Shown one piece after another: positions 1 through 9,160 of a DNA stretch of 56,528 nt (within the stretch, counting starts at the first letter, position 1; each line of letters opens with the position of its first letter). Both the position numbers and the translations under genes were made by a program. The stretch covers positions 1-56,528 of the forward strand of contig JBAZSF010000005.1 of NCBI GenBank assembly GCA_041662525.1, given 5' to 3'. This stretch comes from Minisyncoccota bacterium. GTDB taxonomy: Bacteria > Patescibacteriota > Minisyncoccia > Phycocordibacterales > UBA9973. The notes beneath the pieces are model-generated. The model ran no database searches. It was not told the origin of the DNA and saw only the letters and a program-made list of their open reading frames with translations.

Positions 1-705
1 ATCGACGGCGGAGTTCGGCACCTCGATGTCGGCTCACCTTAGCGCGGCGGTGGAGAAGCTGCCAAGCGTTTGGCTGTTCGCCAATTAAAAAGGTACGCGA
101 GCTGGGTTCAGACCGTTAAGATTATAATTTATTTTGTAATTTTGACAGTTTGAACCCTCAGAGGAAATCGAATTGTAAGAATTTGAACTGTTTTAATCGA
201 AGACAACCAAGTGCATTAAATTGCACACACGGCGGTCCTAAATATTTATTTTATTTAGGAAGAAGTCGGGGTTTTCGGAGGAATCCGATCCTGAGCATTT
301 GCGAAGGAGGACAACACCGAGAAGAAATTTATTTTTCTTTGTAGAGACTACAAACCGACCACAAGAAATTGTGAATGTATAGTCCAATCCACACAGTAAT
401 GTGTGACGTAGATGCGTGAGACAGGTTGGTCTCCTATCTACTGCACTCGTTGATTCTTGAGAAGATTTGCATCTAGTACGAGAGGACCGATGTGAACTGA
501 CCTCTGGTGTACGAGCTGTCCTGCCAAGGGCACTGCTCGGTAGCTATGTCGGGAATGGATAACCTCTGAAAGCATCTAAGAGGGAAGCCAGCTTCAAGAT
601 TAGGAATCGTTAAGAACCGTGAGAGATGATCACGTTGATAGGCTTTAAGTGTAAGCGTAGCAATACGTTGAGCTGAGAAGTACTAATGTTTCGATTCCTG
701 TTAAG
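1..705 (+). rRNA. rrl: 23S rRNA gene, 3' part (runs off the window start; interrupted by intron 117-414)
   Basis: Peptidyl-transferase-region sequence GGCACCTCGATGTCGGCTC...GAGCTGGGTTCAGACCGT|CGTGAGACAGG, then CTAGTACGAGAGGACC and CTGAAAGCATCTAAG. The 3' end is approximate. Confidence 0.97.
117..414 (+). ncRNA. Group I intron in 23S rRNA at the site equivalent to E. coli U2593, no homing endonuclease ORF
   Basis: Removing 117-414 restores GACCGT|CGTGAGACAG. The 5' exon ends in U and the intron ends in G. P7 GACUA 346-350/UAGUC 380-384, P3 GUUUG 148-152/CAAAC 351-355, P8 CACAA-GAAA-UUGUG 360-373, P9 CACACA-GUAA-UGUGUG 390-405. Confidence 0.92.
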
Positions 706-747
706 AAATTTGGAAATCACAAAAAAATTATTGAGATCGAGTTTTCA

Positions 748-857
<110 letters not shown>

Positions 858-877
858 CGAGTACTTGATTCTAACAA

Positions 878-903
878 AATAGCCATATTTATATGGTTTT
901 TTT
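878..903 (+). terminator. Intrinsic terminator of the rRNA operon
   Basis: AGCCAT-atttat-ATGGTT hairpin followed by a T run. Confidence 0.6.
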
Positions 904-910
904 GACTTGC

Positions 911-960
911 TTGACATTTTCATATTATGTGTGATAGAATATAAAATAGAAAGGAGGTGA
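911..960 (+). promoter_or_regulatory. Sigma70-type promoter plus strong Shine-Dalgarno for the 967 small ORF
   Basis: TTGACA 911-916, 18-nt spacer, TGa-TAGAAT 932-940, AAAGGAGGTGA 950-960. Confidence 0.75.
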
Positions 961-966
961 TTTATA

Positions 967-1059
967 ATGGATTTTATAAATGATTTCATTAACGACCACC
1001 CTTTTGTTTCATGGACGGTTGTTATAGCAGTTTTAAGCATAGTCATAATCACGTTATGA
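967..1059 (+). CDS. 30-aa hydrophobic small protein (not in the ORF track)
   Basis: MDFINDFINDHPFVSWTVVIAVLSIVIITL; has its own promoter, an SD 6 nt upstream and a downstream terminator. Confidence 0.7.
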   Translation: MDFINDFINDHPFVSWTVVIAVLSIVIITL

Positions 1060-1071
1060 CTATGCCATCTT

Positions 1072-1118
1072 AAAGTCCGGTTATCGTTTTTTTAACGACG
1101 CCGGGCTTTTCTTTTTTT
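1072..1118 (+). terminator. Intrinsic terminator after the small ORF
   Basis: AAAGTCCGG...CCGGGCTTT stem with an inner TCGTT/AACGA stem, then TTTTCTTTTTTT. Confidence 0.7.
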
Positions 1119-1169
1119 AAACTCATTTATTTTTAGATCTAAAAATGGTATTATGTCTTTATGGTACTC

Positions 1170-1952
1170 ATGACTTGGGGTCTTAAACGACAAATTTTTT
1201 ATATAGTGGTTCTTGTTTTATTTTTTTCAATATTTGGATTTTTAATAATTTCTCCAAGTTTTAATAAGGCGCCTAGTTGCATAGACAAAAAGAAAAATGG
1301 AGACGAGACGGGCATAGATTGCGGAGGATCGTGTTTAAATTTTTGCTTTGATCAGACAGAAGCTGTTTCCATTCTCTGGGCTCGTGCCTTTCGGGTTGTC
1401 CCTGGGCGTTACAATGCTGTAGCTTATTTTATAAATCATAATAAAAATGCGGCAGTCGAAAAAATTAATTATAGATTTCGTTTTGCTGATACAAACAATA
1501 TTTACATCGGCAAGAGAGAGGGTAGTACTTTTATTCCCCCAGGAGGCAATTTTTCAGTTTTTGAGCCAGGAATAGATATTGGGAATTCTATTCCTGTTTA
1601 TGTTACTTTTGAATTTACCGAAATACCACAATGGTTCCAAGTATCGGAAGAAAAAATTGATCAATTAAAAATTTTAGTTTCCAATATACAGCTTGTGGAT
1701 GAGGCGACTTCCCCTAAACTTTCCGCTACTTTAAAAAATAATTCACTTTTTACTATTCCTGATATGAATGTCATAACGATTCTCTATGATGTGAATCGAA
1801 ATGCCATTTCTGCTAGCCGTACTTTTATAGATCAATTTAATCCACTGCAAGTGGCCGATATTAATTTTACCTGGCCAGAACCGTTTAAAGAAAAGGTCGT
1901 AGCAAAAGAAATAATTCCGATGCATAATATTTTTTCTGTGCAGTTAAAATAA
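1170..1952 (+). CDS. Membrane-anchored hypothetical protein with a Cys-rich CxDxxxNxxExxxDCGGxC motif
   Basis: N-terminal TM segment; SCIDKKKNGDETGIDCGGSC; beta-rich C-terminal part. Start at 1170 preferred (track start 1161). Confidence 0.7.
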   Translation: MTWGLKRQIFYIVVLVLFFSIFGFLIISPSFNKAPSCIDKKKNGDETGIDCGGSCLNFCFDQTEAVSILWARAFRVVPGRYNAVAYFINHNKNAAVEKINYRFRFADTNNIYIGKREGSTFIPPGGNFSVFEPGIDIGNSIPVYVTFEFTEIPQWFQVSEEKIDQLKILVSNIQLVDEATSPKLSATLKNNSLFTIPDMNVITILYDVNRNAISASRTFIDQFNPLQVADINFTWPEPFKEKVVAKEIIPMHNIFSVQLK

Positions 1953-1969
1953 TTTTGTACAATAATTAG

Positions 1970-3100
1970 ATGGCAGAAAAAGTTATAAAAAGAATAGATT
2001 GGCTTCTCGTTATTTTTATCGTTCCGATAGTTGCTGCTGGTCTGGTGACGATGAAGTCTTTTTCCTCTCTTGAAAATGGAGGTGATTTTTTTAGTAAACA
2101 AATTATTTGGGTCTTTTTTTCTTTTACTATCTTTTTTATTTTTTCTTTTATTGATTTTCGTTTTTTAAAGCGTACCGATATCTTGGTATTTTTATTTTTA
2201 TTTGTTTCTTTTCTTCTTTTGATACTTATGGTTTTAGGAAATATATCAAATGGTGCGAAAAGCTGGTTTAATCTCGGTTTCTTTTTTTTTCAGCCAGTTG
2301 ATGTGATGAAATTAGTATTAGTGCTTGTTTTAGCGAAATATTTTTCTCGTCGCCATGTGGAGATCAGATATATCAAGCATATTTTTATTTCTTTTTTTTA
2401 CGCATTTGTTCCTTTGGTTTTAGTTTTACTTCAACCAGATTTTGGTTCGGCTATGATTATATTTTCTATTTGGCTGGGGATGGTATTTGTTTCAGGAATT
2501 TCTAAAGTTCATCTGTTCGCTGTGTTTGCTTCAGGTCTTTTGATTTTTATGGTATTTTGGTTTTTTGTTTTTGCGCCATATCAAAAAGCTCGTATTTATA
2601 GTTTTATAAATCCCTTAACTGATATTCATAAAACGGGATATAATGTGTTTCAATCAACTGTTGCTGTAGGTTCAGGGCAAATCTTGGGTAAGGGTTTGGG
2701 TTTTGGGACACAATCAAGATTAAAATTTTTACCAGTTCCTCAATCTGATTTTATTTTTGCTGCTTTTGCCGAAGAGTGGGGTTTTGTTGGTTCAGTTTTA
2801 ATTTTGTTGTTTTATTGTTTAGTAATTTGGAGAATTCTTTATTTGACATCTTTGGGTGCGTCTAATTTTGAAATACTTTTTGGAATGGGAATTGCTATTT
2901 TTTTTATGAGTCATATTCTTATAAATGTTGGTATGAATATTGGGCTTTTGCCGGTAACTGGTATTCCTCTTCCTTTTATGAGTTACGGTGGTTCACATTT
3001 AGTAACCGAATTTGCGGCATTAGGTATTTTGATGGGTATGCATAAATATTCTAGGTCAGCCCATCCTGATGATTTAAAGAATGAATTTTTAGGAATATAG
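1970..3100 (+). CDS. rodA: Rod shape-determining protein RodA (SEDS family)
   Basis: GAKSW...QPVDVMK, LQPDFG, P..QSDFIF and GIPLPFMSYGGS motifs. Confidence 0.9.
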   Translation: MAEKVIKRIDWLLVIFIVPIVAAGLVTMKSFSSLENGGDFFSKQIIWVFFSFTIFFIFSFIDFRFLKRTDILVFLFLFVSFLLLILMVLGNISNGAKSWFNLGFFFFQPVDVMKLVLVLVLAKYFSRRHVEIRYIKHIFISFFYAFVPLVLVLLQPDFGSAMIIFSIWLGMVFVSGISKVHLFAVFASGLLIFMVFWFFVFAPYQKARIYSFINPLTDIHKTGYNVFQSTVAVGSGQILGKGLGFGTQSRLKFLPVPQSDFIFAAFAEEWGFVGSVLILLFYCLVIWRILYLTSLGASNFEILFGMGIAIFFMSHILINVGMNIGLLPVTGIPLPFMSYGGSHLVTEFAALGILMGMHKYSRSAHPDDLKNEFLGI

Positions 3101-3103
3101 TAT

Positions 3104-4015
3104 ATGCAAATTATAGACGGAAAAAAAATAAGAGACGAGATTTTAAAAAAAGTGAAAGCAGAAGTAGGTGCGCTTTCTTTCAAGCCAGTCTTTTGTGATG
3201 TCTTGGTGGGCAATGATCCTGCATCTCTTCAATACGTGCAAATGAAAGGGCGTATGGCAGAATCTGTGGGTATAAGTTTTCATGAAGCAGATTTTTCTGC
3301 TTCAATATCAACTGAGGATTTAATAAAAGAAATAAAAGTTTTAAATAAAATTGAAAATATGTGTGGGATTATTATTCAGCTTCCATTACCAGAACATATC
3401 GATAGGCAAGTGGTATTGGATGCTATCGATTCACATCTTGATGTTGATTGTCTTGGTACGATTGCTAGTGAGAAATTTTACAGCGGGGTAAGTCCTGTAG
3501 GTTTTCCTACAGCGCTTGCTTGTATGGCATTATTGGATTCTTTGAATTTAAATTTTGAAGGCAAAAAAATTGTTGTTTTAGGGCGGGGATTATTGGTAGG
3601 AAAGCCAGTTGCAGCATTGCTTCAGTTCAGAAATTTATTTCCAGAAATTATTAGAAGTAAGACTGAAAACAAAGAAGAGCTTATCAAGCAAGCAGACATC
3701 ATAATCTCTGGAATTGGTAAGGGTAAATATATTACCGGTAATATGATTAAAAAGGGAGCAGTTTTAATAGATGCGGGTACTTCTGAAGACAATGGCTCGT
3801 TAGATGCTCGAAGGAGTATCGTCGGTGATGTTGATTTAGAATCTGTAAAAGATGTGGCAGAATATGTTTCTCCTGTTCCTGGAGGAGTAGGCCCAGTGAC
3901 TGTCGCGATGCTTTTGAATAATGTATTAACCGTGGCAAAAAGTTTTCCCCTACACCAGGAGAAGGGGAAATCCCCTTCTCCTGGTGTAGGGGAAGAAGGC
4001 AAACATTATGAATAA
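3104..4015 (+). CDS. folD: Bifunctional methylene-THF dehydrogenase/cyclohydrolase
   Basis: IDGK..RDEI, IIIQLPLP, DVDCL, GRGLLVGKP, SPVPGGVGPVT. Confidence 0.95.
   Translation: MQIIDGKKIRDEILKKVKAEVGALSFKPVFCDVLVGNDPASLQYVQMKGRMAESVGISFHEADFSASISTEDLIKEIKVLNKIENMCGIIIQLPLPEHIDRQVVLDAIDSHLDVDCLGTIASEKFYSGVSPVGFPTALACMALLDSLNLNFEGKKIVVLGRGLLVGKPVAALLQFRNLFPEIIRSKTENKEELIKQADIIISGIGKGKYITGNMIKKGAVLIDAGTSEDNGSLDARRSIVGDVDLESVKDVAEYVSPVPGGVGPVTVAMLLNNVLTVAKSFPLHQEKGKSPSPGVGEEGKHYE
3945..3994. repeat. Perfect 24-bp inverted repeat (two head-to-head copies of repeat family B) inside the folD 3' end
   Basis: TTCCCCTACACCAGGAGAAGGGGA-aa-TCCCCTTCTCCTGGTGTAGGGGAA; encodes FPLHQEKGKSPSPGVGE. Confidence 0.9.
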
Positions 4016-4559
4016 CACAATCTTTTTCTTTTTTAATAATTTAACACATCAGTCAAATATTTTTGATAGTATAGTTGTTTTTTTCGCAGTTTATTTTATA
4101 TATATAGTAATTATTTTAGCTGGATTGTATTTACTTTTTTATTATAAGATTTTATCTTCACAAAATCCTTTTAAACAATTTGCAAACAAATGGAGAGAAT
4201 TTTCTTTTGTAGGTTTGTCCGTAGGTGTTACATGGTTTTTTAATAAATTTATAGCAAAAATTTTATTTCACACATTTAGACCTTTTGTAGTTTTTCCGCA
4301 AATACAACCTCTTTTTTCAGAGACTGGATATGCTTTCCCTTCTGGACATACAGCAGTTGCTTCATCCTTAGCGTTTGCATTATTTTTTACAAATAAAAAA
4401 GTAGGCTCTATTTTTATATTCTTTGCTCTCCTCATTGGCTTAGCACGCGTTACTGCTGGAGTGCATTTTCCAATTGATATTTTGGGTGGGTTTGTTGTCG
4501 GTTTTGTCATAAGTTATATTTTTAGTTATATTTTTAATAACTTTTCTAAAAAATTATGA
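4008..4559 (+). CDS. PAP2-family phosphatase (BcrC-like)
   Basis: RPF, FPSGHT and ARVTAGVHFPIDILGG motifs. Confidence 0.9.
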   Translation: MNNTIFFFFNNLTHQSNIFDSIVVFFAVYFIYIVIILAGLYLLFYYKILSSQNPFKQFANKWREFSFVGLSVGVTWFFNKFIAKILFHTFRPFVVFPQIQPLFSETGYAFPSGHTAVASSLAFALFFTNKKVGSIFIFFALLIGLARVTAGVHFPIDILGGFVVGFVISYIFSYIFNNFSKKL

Positions 4560-5137
4560 TTTTGTCCTTTGTAGAAAACTTAGGATTATTAGGAATTTTT
4601 TTTATTGTATTTGCGGAATCAGGACTTTTCTTTGGTTTCTTTTTTCCTGGTGATTCTCTTCTATTTAGTGCTGGTCTCTTAGCTTCGGCTGGATATTTTA
4701 ATATTTTTTATTTATTTTTTGGATCTTTTTTGTTTGCAGTTTTGGGTGACAGTGTGGGATATTGGACGGGCAAAAAATTAGGTCCAAGAATTTTTTCTAA
4801 ACCAAATTCATTTTTTTTTAATAAAAAAAATCTAGATAAAACTACAAAATTTTACGATCAATATGGTAAAAAGACTATTGTCTTGGCACGTTTTGTTCCG
4901 ATCGTGAGGACTTTTGCCCCTATATTAGCTGGTGCGGGAAATATGAAATACGACAACTTTATTTTTTACAATTTTTTAGGTGGATTTTTTTGGACATCAG
5001 GCACTATTTTTTCTGGATATTTTCTTGGTAATTCTATTCCAAACATAGATCAATATATTTTGCCGATAATAGTAATTATAATAATCTTGTCTTTGGCGCC
5101 ATTTATTAAAGAATTTTTTAATAAAAAATATAAATAA
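4556..5137 (+). CDS. DedA-family membrane protein
   Basis: FAESGLFFGFFFPGDSLL and ARFVPIVRTF motifs. Confidence 0.92.
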   Translation: MILSFVENLGLLGIFFIVFAESGLFFGFFFPGDSLLFSAGLLASAGYFNIFYLFFGSFLFAVLGDSVGYWTGKKLGPRIFSKPNSFFFNKKNLDKTTKFYDQYGKKTIVLARFVPIVRTFAPILAGAGNMKYDNFIFYNFLGGFFWTSGTIFSGYFLGNSIPNIDQYILPIIVIIIILSLAPFIKEFFNKKYK

Positions 5138-5197
5138 TTTATTTTTTATTTATATTTGCTTTTTAAATAAAAAGTGTATAGAATAGCTATATATTTA

Positions 5198-5216
5198 TCC
5201 GCCAGAGGCGGACAGG
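5198..5216 (-). repeat. Palindromic repeat family A copy in the secD leader
   Basis: TCCGCC-aga-GGCGGA-cagg; the minus strand reads CCTGTCCGCCTCTGGCGGA. Confidence 0.7.
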
Positions 5217-5228
5217 TGTGGAAGAATT

Positions 5229-6596
5229 ATGATTAAAAAATTAATTTTATCTATTTTTATACTTTTATTAGGTGCTGGGATTGGCTTTTTTGTTTACAAA
5301 TCAGAAGCTAATTATAGGAAATTACCTGTAGGTGCTAAAGCCACTGGTCTAGCAAAATTTTCTTTTAAACTAGGACTTGATCTTTCAGGAGGTAGTCATT
5401 TGATATACAAAGCTGATACTTCTTTGGTTCCAGCAGGTCAAGTAGGAGATTCAATGAACGCACTTCGTGACGTAATCGAGCGACGTATAAATCTTTTTGG
5501 AGTTTCTGAGCCGGTGGTGCAGGTGCAACATGGTGGATTTGTTTCTGGCAATAGCGATGAACAATTGATAGTAGATCTTCCAGGAGTAACTGATGTTAAA
5601 CAAGCAATAGATATGATCGGACAGACTCCGCTTCTTGAATTTAAAATAGAAGCACCAAAAGACATTCCTCAAACTGCGACTGTAGATAAAGACGGCAAGG
5701 TAACTCTTGATATAGATTCTCAGTTTGTTCCCACCGAACTTACTGGAAGATATTTAGAGAAAGCAACTTTAGAATTTGACACAAATACTCGTGAACCAAA
5801 AGTAAGTCTACAGTTTGATGATACTGGCACAAAACTTTTTGCTCAAATTACAAGAGATAATGTCGGAAAGATGGTTGCTATTTATTTAGATGGCACTCCT
5901 ATTTCTTCACCAGTTGTTCGAGAAGAAATTCCAAATGGTCAAGCTGTTATTTCTGGCAGTTTTACTCCAGCTGAAGCAAAAATATTTGTTGGTCGGTTAA
6001 ATTCTGGAGCACTTCCTGTACCGATAACACTTCTTTCTACTCAGACTATCGGTGCTACCCTAGGAGATAGCGCAGTAAATGCTGGGGTGAAGGCTGCAAT
6101 TATTGGATTCCTATTAGTGGCTTTATTTCTCATTCTTTTATATCGTTTGCCTGGCTTGATAGCGACTATCTCTCTTTGTATTTTTATCGTTATAATACTT
6201 GCTCTTTTTAAGTTAATTCCTGTTACTTTAACAGCAGCTGGTATCGCTGGGTTTATAATTTCTATGGGTATAGCCGTAGATGCAAATGTGCTTATTTTTG
6301 AACGCGTAAAAGAAGAATTGCGTTCTGGTAAAAGTATCGCTGATTCAATTTCCATTGGTTTTTCTAGAGCTTGGTTTTCTATTCGAGATTCAAATATTTC
6401 AAGTTTTATTACAGCAGTAATTCTCTTCTGGTTTGGCACATCTTTGATAAAAGGTTTTGCGTTGACTCTTGGCATGGGGATCATTGTTTCAATGTTTAGT
6501 GCAATTATCGTTACTAGAATTTTTCTCTCAACTATTGGTTTTATAGGAGAAGGGAAAATCGCCAGATTTTTATTTTCAAGCGGTCTATCAAAATAA
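5229..6596 (+). CDS. secD: Protein translocase subunit SecD
   Basis: LGLDLSGG, VIERRINLFGVSEP, GPT/GAT-LG segment, AVDANVLIFERVKEE. Confidence 0.96.
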   Translation: MIKKLILSIFILLLGAGIGFFVYKSEANYRKLPVGAKATGLAKFSFKLGLDLSGGSHLIYKADTSLVPAGQVGDSMNALRDVIERRINLFGVSEPVVQVQHGGFVSGNSDEQLIVDLPGVTDVKQAIDMIGQTPLLEFKIEAPKDIPQTATVDKDGKVTLDIDSQFVPTELTGRYLEKATLEFDTNTREPKVSLQFDDTGTKLFAQITRDNVGKMVAIYLDGTPISSPVVREEIPNGQAVISGSFTPAEAKIFVGRLNSGALPVPITLLSTQTIGATLGDSAVNAGVKAAIIGFLLVALFLILLYRLPGLIATISLCIFIVIILALFKLIPVTLTAAGIAGFIISMGIAVDANVLIFERVKEELRSGKSIADSISIGFSRAWFSIRDSNISSFITAVILFWFGTSLIKGFALTLGMGIIVSMFSAIIVTRIFLSTIGFIGEGKIARFLFSSGLSK

Positions 6597-6615
6597 CAAG
6601 AGCAAATAAAAAATT

Positions 6616-7536
6616 ATGTTTATAATAAAACACAAAAAAATATTTATCATCCTATCATCCATCTTAGTTATTCTTTCCTTTATCTCTTTGTTTATTTTTG
6701 GATTAAAAATAGGTATTGATTTTAAGGGTGGGGCAATTATAGAAGTTGCTTATAAAATAGAGCGTCCAGCGCAACCTGTTTTAGAGAAGACTCTCTCGAC
6801 TCTTGATTTTGGGTCTGTTCTTCTTCAGCCGACAGGAGACCTTGGTTATATTATAAAGACTCGTAGTTTAAATGATTCCGAACACGTTTTACTTTTAAAA
6901 ACACTTTCTGGGGACAATAAAGACGCTCTCACTGAAATGAGTTTTAATTCTGTCGGTCCTTCTGTTGGGCAAGAACTTACCAGGAAAGCAATTTTAGCGA
7001 TTATTTTAATTTCGCTTGCCATTATTTGTTTTATTGCTTTTGCTTTTAGAAAAGTTTCTAAACCAATTTCTTCTTGGAAGTATGGAATTATTGCCATTAT
7101 TACACTTTTGCACGATGTGTTTATTCCAGTAGGGTTATTTGTTGTTCTTTCTCATTATTTTGGGGCAGAAGTAGATACTCTGTTTGTGGTGGCAATTCTT
7201 ACTATTTTAGGTCTTTCTGTTTCTGACACAATAGTTATTTTTGATAGAATTAGGGAAAATTTGAGAAATCAAAATTCGATAGCTAAAGTAAACTTTAGTG
7301 AAGTAGTGGGTGTTAGTTTAGAACAATCATACATAAGATCTATTTCTACTTCTTCGACGGTTATCCTTGTGCTTCTTGCTTTGTTCTTTTTCGGTCCCGT
7401 ATCTACAAAATATTTTGCCTTGATGCTTACGGCTGGAATGTTTTTTGGTACTTACTCTTCAATTTTCTTGGCTTCACCCCTGCTTGTGTTCGTGGAAGAG
7501 TGGCAGAAGAAAAATGCTCCCAATACAAAAGCATAG
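6616..7536 (+). CDS. secF: Protein translocase subunit SecF
   Basis: GIDFKGG, VGPSVGQEL, LLHDV, DTIVIFDRIREN, GTYSSIFLASP. Confidence 0.96.
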   Translation: MFIIKHKKIFIILSSILVILSFISLFIFGLKIGIDFKGGAIIEVAYKIERPAQPVLEKTLSTLDFGSVLLQPTGDLGYIIKTRSLNDSEHVLLLKTLSGDNKDALTEMSFNSVGPSVGQELTRKAILAIILISLAIICFIAFAFRKVSKPISSWKYGIIAIITLLHDVFIPVGLFVVLSHYFGAEVDTLFVVAILTILGLSVSDTIVIFDRIRENLRNQNSIAKVNFSEVVGVSLEQSYIRSISTSSTVILVLLALFFFGPVSTKYFALMLTAGMFFGTYSSIFLASPLLVFVEEWQKKNAPNTKA

Positions 7537-7605
7537 CTTTTGCAGACGGGGGATAGGTGCTATACTATAGTTTCTAGATTATTAGTTAATAATATAATAT
7601 ACATT

Positions 7606-8154
7606 ATGTACTTTTTAATAATTTTACTAGTTATAGTTTTGCTTGCGATTTTTGCTTTTAATCGTTTTGTTTCTTTGCGCAATCGAGCGCAAGAGGCTTG
7701 GGCAGATATTGAAGTGCAGTTGAAGCGTCGCTATGATTTGATTCCGAATTTAGTGAATACAGTAAAAGGTTATGCGACTCATGAGTCTACTGCTTTTGAG
7801 AATGTCACCAAAGCAAGAACTATGGCTATGGGGGCTACGGGGCCAAATGCTAACCATGCAGAAGCGGAAAATATGTTGACTGGTGCATTAAAATCAATTT
7901 TTGCTATTGCTGAAGCGTATCCAGACTTAAAAGCTAATCAAAATTTCTTATCATTGCAAAATGAACTTTCGGATACAGAAAATAAAATCCAAGCTTCGCG
8001 TAGATTTTATAATGCTAACGTCCGTGATCTAAACACTTCAGTTGAAAGTTTCCCAGGTAATCTTATTGCTATGGTATTTAATTTCTCCAAGATGGAATTC
8101 TTTGATTTGAGCGAGAATGACGCTGCGCAAAATCCAGTAGAAGTTAAATTCTAG
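7606..8154 (+). CDS. lemA: LemA family protein
   Basis: AWADIEVQLKRRYDLIPNLV, YPDLKANQNF, RRFYN; start re-assigned to ATG 7606. Confidence 0.93.
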   Translation: MYFLIILLVIVLLAIFAFNRFVSLRNRAQEAWADIEVQLKRRYDLIPNLVNTVKGYATHESTAFENVTKARTMAMGATGPNANHAEAENMLTGALKSIFAIAEAYPDLKANQNFLSLQNELSDTENKIQASRRFYNANVRDLNTSVESFPGNLIAMVFNFSKMEFFDLSENDAAQNPVEVKF

Positions 8155-9084
8155 ATGGCAACGCTATATACACAACAATCAAAAAATGTTACTAAAACTT
8201 GGCTACTCATGTCGGTGTTTTTTGTGGTGGTTATTGGTTTTGGTTGGTTTTTTAGTTTTTATTATAGTAATCCAAATATACTGTATTTCTTTGTCATCTT
8301 TAGTATTTTAATGAATTTTTTTTCTTATTGGTTTTCAGATAAAATTGTGCTTACTTTAGCTGGCGCAAAATTAGCTAAAAGAGAAGAATATTTTGATCTT
8401 TATACGAGTGTTGAGAACCTTTCAATTACAGCTGGACTGCCAATGCCAAAAGTATATGTGGTACAAGACTCTGCACCAAATGCTTTTGCTACAGGTAGAG
8501 ATAAAAACCATGCTGTTGTTTGTGCTACTACCGGACTTTTGCAAATTTTAAACAAAACTGAATTAGAAGGGGTAATTGCGCATGAACTTTCACATGTCGG
8601 GAATCGTGATATGTTGCTCTCCACTGTCGTTGTGGTACTTGTCGGCTTTATAACAATTCTCGCAGATTTTTTTACCAGAAGTTTATTTTTTGGTGGTTTT
8701 GGTAAAAATAGAGACAATGACAACAAAGGAAGTGGTGTACTTGTGATTATTGGAATTGTTTTGTCGATATTAGCACCACTTTTTGCAGTTTTAATTCAAC
8801 TAGCCATTTCTAGGAAACGTGAGTTTTTAGCTGATGCTTCTGGAGCATTACTTACTCGCTATCCAGAAGGTTTGGCGAATGCATTGCGTAAAATTTCTAA
8901 ATATAGTCAGCCAATGGCTCGTCAATCTAGCGCAATCGCACATCTGTATATTGCAGATCCAAAGGGATCAAAAATTGGTTTACCCGCCTCTGGCGGCGCC
9001 AAAGGCGACCAGGGTAAAAAAATCAGTGGATTTTTTGCCACCCATCCGCCAGTGGAAGAGAGAATAAAAGCATTGGTGGGATAG
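8155..9084 (+). CDS. htpX: HtpX-like M48 zinc metalloprotease
   Basis: PNAFATG, HELSH, SRKREFLAD, THPP; adjacent to lemA. Confidence 0.93.
   Translation: MATLYTQQSKNVTKTWLLMSVFFVVVIGFGWFFSFYYSNPNILYFFVIFSILMNFFSYWFSDKIVLTLAGAKLAKREEYFDLYTSVENLSITAGLPMPKVYVVQDSAPNAFATGRDKNHAVVCATTGLLQILNKTELEGVIAHELSHVGNRDMLLSTVVVVLVGFITILADFFTRSLFFGGFGKNRDNDNKGSGVLVIIGIVLSILAPLFAVLIQLAISRKREFLADASGALLTRYPEGLANALRKISKYSQPMARQSSAIAHLYIADPKGSKIGLPASGGAKGDQGKKISGFFATHPPVEERIKALVG
8983..9007 (+). repeat. Family A palindrome plus a second small hairpin, in frame in htpX (PASGGAKG)
   Basis: CCGCC-tct-GGCGG (reverse complement of the 5199-5211 13-mer), then CGCC-aaa-GGCG. Confidence 0.7.
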
Positions 9085-9110
9085 CAATGAATATTTATTT
9101 TAATTTATGC

Positions 9111-9130
9111 ATCTACGCTATGGCGTAGAT
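9111..9130. repeat. 20-bp palindrome, copy 1
   Basis: ATCTACGC-TATG-GCGTAGAT. Confidence 0.92.
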
Positions 9131-9160
9131 TAAAAATTGTTATATAATTTTTAGTAAAAT

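Noticed and set aside
150-344. 64-aa ORF inside the intron as a homing endonuclease
   Set aside because: No LAGLIDADG, GIY-YIG or HNH motif; it overlaps ribozyme core helices and is too short.
7527-7553. AAAAGC-ata-GCTTTT-GCAGACGGGGGA as a family A copy at the secF stop
   Set aside because: The tail resembles GCAGGCGGGGA but the 5' arm is missing; too degenerate to call.
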